18,517 nucleotides of DNA from the NCBI GenBank assembly GCA_029856525.1, contig JAHQXC010000021.1, positions 1-18,517 of the forward strand, given 5' to 3'. The first letter of the stretch is position 1; every line of letters begins with the position of its first letter. The notes beneath the pieces were generated by a model that searched no databases, was not told the origin of the DNA, and saw only the letters and a list, made by a program, of their open reading frames with translations. The DNA is from Candidatus Odinarchaeia archaeon (GTDB taxonomy: Archaea > Asgardarchaeota > Odinarchaeia > Odinarchaeales > Odinarchaeaceae). The position numbers and the translations under genes are program-made. Below are positions 14,851-18,517 of the stretch, piece by piece.

Positions 14851-15924
14851 TCATAACCCCATTTCCCGTAGTTTAAGCAGTAGCTCCTCTGCTTCCCTAT
14901 TTATTCTCTCAGGTATTTTTATATTTACTTTAACAAGCTCATCGCCGAATCCCCCGCCTTTAAACCTGGGCATACCCTTAGCCTTTATTCTAAACACTGT
15001 TCCACTCTGTGTACGCGGCGGGATATTCAACTCAATTTTTTTGTCATCTAGGGTTGGAACCAGTATGGTACCACCTAAAACCGCGGTGGTGTATGGAACT
15101 TGAACTTCACAAATAATGTCGTCTCCTATTCTCTCGAAAACAGGGTCTCTTTTAATATTTATCACTACATATAAGTCTCCGGGTGGTCCTCCACGCTCGC
15201 TTTGCTCTCCTTTACCTCTTATAACTAAACTGTAGCCTTCGTCAACCCCTTTAGGCACGTTAACTTTTATCTTCGTCTCTAAGACTGTAACACCTGTCCC
15301 CTTGCATTTTTTACACCGTTCTTTTATGAAGACACCTGTTCCATTACAGTCGGGGCATGTTATGATTTGAATGAACTGAGTGTTACCTGAGACACGTATA
15401 TTTTGCACCTGTCCAGCTCCCTTACACGTCTTACACTTTATTAAAGCTGATTCAGAGGCTGCTCCTGTTCCATTACACTCCACGCATTTAGCACGTCGCG
15501 GCACAACTATCTCTTTCTCAGCTCCGAAAGCAGCCTCCCTTAGTGTTATTTCAAGATTATATTGAATATCCGCGCCTTTAACATAATCAGCTCTACGCCT
15601 ACCTCTGCCGAAGAATATGTCGAAGATACTGTCACCGAATCCGAAGTCCCTGAATATGCTCTCGAAATCGACATCTCTGAAAATATCCTCCTGAGTGTAT
15701 CTGCTATCTATTCCAGCATGACCGTATGCGTCGTATGCTCTCCTCTTCTCAGGGTCTGATAGAACAGCGTAAGCTTCTGATATTTCTTTAAACTTTTCCT
15801 CCGCGTCAGGTGATTTATTTCTGTCCGGGTGGTATTTCAACGCTAACTGTCTGTACGCTCTCTTTATTTCGTCTAGTGTAGCGTTTCTATCAACGTTGAG
15901 GACTTCATAGTAGTCTCTTTTCAT
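14851..15924 (-). CDS. dnaJ: Chaperone DnaJ (class A)
   Basis: J domain with HPD, G/F region and four CXXCXGXG repeats ([32 protein letters not shown]). ATG at 15924 follows SD AGGTGA; ATG at 15948 is possible. Confidence 0.97.
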   Translation of the reverse strand: MKRDYYEVLNVDRNATLDEIKRAYRQLALKYHPDRNKSPDAEEKFKEISEAYAVLSDPEKRRAYDAYGHAGIDSRYTQEDIFRDVDFESIFRDFGFGDSIFDIFFGRGRRRADYVKGADIQYNLEITLREAAFGAEKEIVVPRRAKCVECNGTGAASESALIKCKTCKGAGQVQNIRVSGNTQFIQIITCPDCNGTGVFIKERCKKCKGTGVTVLETKIKVNVPKGVDEGYSLVIRGKGEQSERGGPPGDLYVVINIKRDPVFERIGDDIICEVQVPYTTAVLGGTILVPTLDDKKIELNIPPRTQSGTVFRIKAKGMPRFKGGGFGDELVKVNIKIPERINREAEELLLKLREMGL

Positions 15925-15948
15925 CGAGGAATTTTCACCTTTCCTCAT

Positions 15949-17799
15949 TTATTTTTTCTCTTTTTCATCAACAACCTTGTAGTCTGCGTCCACTACTTTC
16001 TCATCTTTTTTATTTCCGCTCTGAGCTGACTGTTGTTGAGCGTATTGCTGAGCCGCTTGCTGGTATACTTTTGTCCCAGCCTCTTGAAGTAGGTTAGTTA
16101 ACTCTTCTATTTTGGTTTTAACAACAGGTATGTTTCTCTCTTTAACCGCTTTTTCAAGCTCTTTCGCCAGACTGTCGAGTCTTTGACGGTCTGTTTCAGG
16201 CATTTTTTCACCTAGATCTTTGAGTGTTTTATTCGTGGTATAGATTAGGTTATCCGCTTTATTAAGCAGCTCAGCTTCCTCTTTCTTAATTCTATCCTGC
16301 TCCGCGTATTGCTCAGCTTCTTTTATCATCTTCTTGATCTGCTCATCTGTAAGCTTTGTTGAAGCTGTTATCGTTATCTTCTGCTCGTTGCCTGTAGCTA
16401 AATCTCTAGCTGATACATGGAGTATTCCGTTCGCGTCTATGTCGAATGTGACCTCTATTTGCGGTACACCTCTAGGAGCAGGCGGTATCCCGACTAGATT
16501 GAACATTCCTAATGATATGTTATCAGCAGCCATCGGGCGTTCACCCTGTAAGACGTGAATGGTTACAGCTGTTTGAAAGTCGGATGCGGTTGAGAATATT
16601 TGACTTTTCCTAGTCGGTATCGTTGTATTACGCTCGATTATTTTAGTCATTAAGCCTCCTACTGTTTCAACACCCAGTGATAACGGGGTTACATCTAATA
16701 GTAGAAGATCTGTGATCTCCCCTGCTATGACACCTGCTTGAATAGCCGCGCCCATGGCTACGCATTCCATCGGATCAACACCGGTCTCCGGTGGTTTACC
16801 CATAACCTCTTCGATGAATCTTCTCACAATAGGCATCCTGGTAGGGCCGCCTACTAGTATTATCTTATCAATGTCTTTCACCGTTAGTTTAGCATCAGCT
16901 AACGCTTGTTTTATAGGACCTCTGCATCTTTCTATTATAGGCATTACAAGCTGCTCTAGTTTAGATCTTGTGATAGTCATTTGAAGATTTTTAGGACCTG
17001 TTTGATCACTGGTTATGAAAGGTAGGTTAATCTCCGTTGATAGGACTGTTGATAATTCGATCTTCGCTTTTTCAGCTGCTTCTCTAATTCTCTGCATCGC
17101 TGTTTTATCATTTCTAAGATCTATCCCCGTCTCCTTTTTGAACTCTCCTACGATGTAGTCTATTAACGCGTTATCCATATCTGTTCCGCCTAGTTGTGTG
17201 TCACCGCTCGTAGCTTTTACTTCGAACACGCCTCCACCGAACTCCATTATGGTGACATCTAATGTTCCACCGCCTAAGTCGAAAACCATTATCTTCATTT
17301 CTTTATCCGATTTATCTAAACCATAGGCTAAAGCCGCGGCTGTAGGCTCGTTTATTATTCTAACCACATCTAATCCGGCTATTAACCCTGCATCCTTTGT
17401 AGCCTGTCTTTGATTGTCGTTGAAGTAGGCTGGGACGGTGATAACCGCTTTCTCCACTTTCTCGCCTAGATAAGCCTCCGCGTCTCTCTTTATCTTTTGA
17501 AGTATAAACGCTGAAATCTGCTGAGGAGTGAACTCTTTATCGAATATTTTAACTTTATAATCTGTTCCCATCTTTCTTTTTATACCGTAGACTGTTCCCT
17601 CCGGGTTAGTGACAGCCTGCCTTCTAGCCGGTTCACCTACTAGGAGAGTACCATCTTTTGTGAACGCGACGTATGATGGAAAGGCTTTACCGCCTAGTGT
17701 AGGCCCATCTGAGCTTGGTATAATTTTAGGCTTACCGCCTTCTAAAACAGCGGCTGCAGAGTTGCTTGTACCTAAATCAATTCCTATTATCTTACCCAT
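15949..17799 (-). CDS. dnaK: Chaperone DnaK (Hsp70)
   Basis: [39 protein letters not shown] and [10 protein letters not shown]; prokaryotic-type C-terminus VDADYKVVD. Confidence 0.99.
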   Translation of the reverse strand: MGKIIGIDLGTSNSAAAVLEGGKPKIIPSSDGPTLGGKAFPSYVAFTKDGTLLVGEPARRQAVTNPEGTVYGIKRKMGTDYKVKIFDKEFTPQQISAFILQKIKRDAEAYLGEKVEKAVITVPAYFNDNQRQATKDAGLIAGLDVVRIINEPTAAALAYGLDKSDKEMKIMVFDLGGGTLDVTIMEFGGGVFEVKATSGDTQLGGTDMDNALIDYIVGEFKKETGIDLRNDKTAMQRIREAAEKAKIELSTVLSTEINLPFITSDQTGPKNLQMTITRSKLEQLVMPIIERCRGPIKQALADAKLTVKDIDKIILVGGPTRMPIVRRFIEEVMGKPPETGVDPMECVAMGAAIQAGVIAGEITDLLLLDVTPLSLGVETVGGLMTKIIERNTTIPTRKSQIFSTASDFQTAVTIHVLQGERPMAADNISLGMFNLVGIPPAPRGVPQIEVTFDIDANGILHVSARDLATGNEQKITITASTKLTDEQIKKMIKEAEQYAEQDRIKKEEAELLNKADNLIYTTNKTLKDLGEKMPETDRQRLDSLAKELEKAVKERNIPVVKTKIEELTNLLQEAGTKVYQQAAQQYAQQQSAQSGNKKDEKVVDADYKVVDEKEKK

Positions 17800-18337
17800 T
17801 ATTCTTCACCCCCTCCTCTACATGTTTACAAACAATAACCATGCTCGGTCTTATTACCCGTTCATTTAAGCGATAACCTTTACGTAACTCGCATATTACA
17901 TAATTGTCAGGATGATCCCGGCTCTCTTGGAATTGAACAGCTTCGTGAAACGCTGGATCGAACATCTTACCTTCAGCTTCTATTTCAGTAACACCCTCCT
18001 CGGTTAAAATATTCTTAAACTTCAAGCTGATCATTCTAATACCTTCAATAAACTTATTCATATCACAATTCTCCTTGCAGCTTGCTAAAGCCAAATCCAA
18101 CTCCTCTATAGGGGTAATAATTTTTCCAATAAGTTTACAAGTATATTGGAGTCGACTGTTTTCAATATCTTTTATCATACGTTTCTTCATATTCTCGAAT
18201 TCAGCTTGAAGATATCTCAGTTTATTTAAATATTCCTCGGAGTGTTTCTTCTCCTCTTCAAGCAGGCGTCTGCTCTCTTCTAGAGATTCCTCTAACTGTT
18301 TAATTTTACTTTCATAATCCTCATTACTCTCCGGCAT
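17792..18337 (-). CDS. grpE: Nucleotide exchange factor GrpE
   Basis: [23 protein letters not shown] and [22 protein letters not shown] at 18337 follows SD AAGGTGG; overlaps the dnaK start by 8 nt. Confidence 0.95.
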   Translation of the reverse strand: MPESNEDYESKIKQLEESLEESRRLLEEEKKHSEEYLNKLRYLQAEFENMKKRMIKDIENSRLQYTCKLIGKIITPIEELDLALASCKENCDMNKFIEGIRMISLKFKNILTEEGVTEIEAEGKMFDPAFHEAVQFQESRDHPDNYVICELRKGYRLNERVIRPSMVIVCKHVEEGVKNNG

Positions 18338-18420
18338 GAAACCACCTTGTTTAAAAAGCATTGTAAAAAGTAATTACATGGAAACCTATCAGAGAATATA
18401 AGGTGAACGTGTGCCGCAGA

Positions 18421-18448
18421 TTTTTTAAATATCATACTTAAATATAAA
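18421..18448 (-). promoter_or_regulatory. Possible TATA-box region for grpE-dnaK-dnaJ
   Basis: Minus-strand TTTATATTTAAG and TTTAAAAAA upstream of grpE. AT-rich context, so weak evidence. Confidence 0.25.
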
Positions 18449-18517
18449 TTTTATCGATGATTTTTAATTTCACCGGGGAGAAGCTGAGAGCTGATAGTCT
18501 TATAAGTAGGTATATGT

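Noticed and set aside
16010-16075. Gln/Ala-rich low-complexity stretch ([14 protein letters not shown])
   Set aside because: Ordinary disordered DnaK C-terminal tail.
15380-17869. Plus-strand ORFs 15380-15565, 15562-15759, 16334-16558, 16754-16984 and 17609-17869
   Set aside because: Typical antisense ORFs of conserved dnaJ and dnaK.
18338-18517. CIRCE/HrcA or other heat-shock operator upstream of grpE
   Set aside because: No TTAGCACTC-N9-GAGTGCTAA is seen; only weak AT-rich imperfect symmetry, and the window ends 180 nt upstream of the grpE start.

Overview
AT-rich, gene-dense archaeal chromosomal window, most likely from an Asgard archaeon. This is an inference from archaeal pantoate kinase, Topo VI and LipS1/LipS2 occurring together with a single-domain gelsolin-like protein and a Topo VI A subunit that reads like eukaryotic SPO11-3/TOP6A. 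Left to right: 3' end of a P-type cation (Ca2+-type) ATPase; a coupled three-gene unit (M20-fold protein lacking metal ligands, ECF-type S component, LpxC-like Zn deacetylase); a CoA unit (stand-alone Lrp/AsnC ligand-binding domain, pantoate kinase, gamma-carbonic anhydrase-like protein, coaBC); a convergent lipoate-assembly unit on the minus strand (lipS2-lplA-lplB-lipS1); a small TPR/alpha-SNAP-like gene divergent from a gelsolin-domain gene; top6B-top6A; an AmmeMemoRadiSam-type radical SAM gene; a perfect 27-bp tandem duplication; and grpE-dnaK-dnaJ. No rRNA, tRNA, CRISPR array or mobile element was recognised. The best candidates for undescribed biology are the LpxC-like operon, the gelsolin/SNAP-like divergent pair, the SPO11-3-like Topo VI and a possible structured RNA at 3474-3563. 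All family assignments come from motif recognition and alignment from memory; no database search was run.
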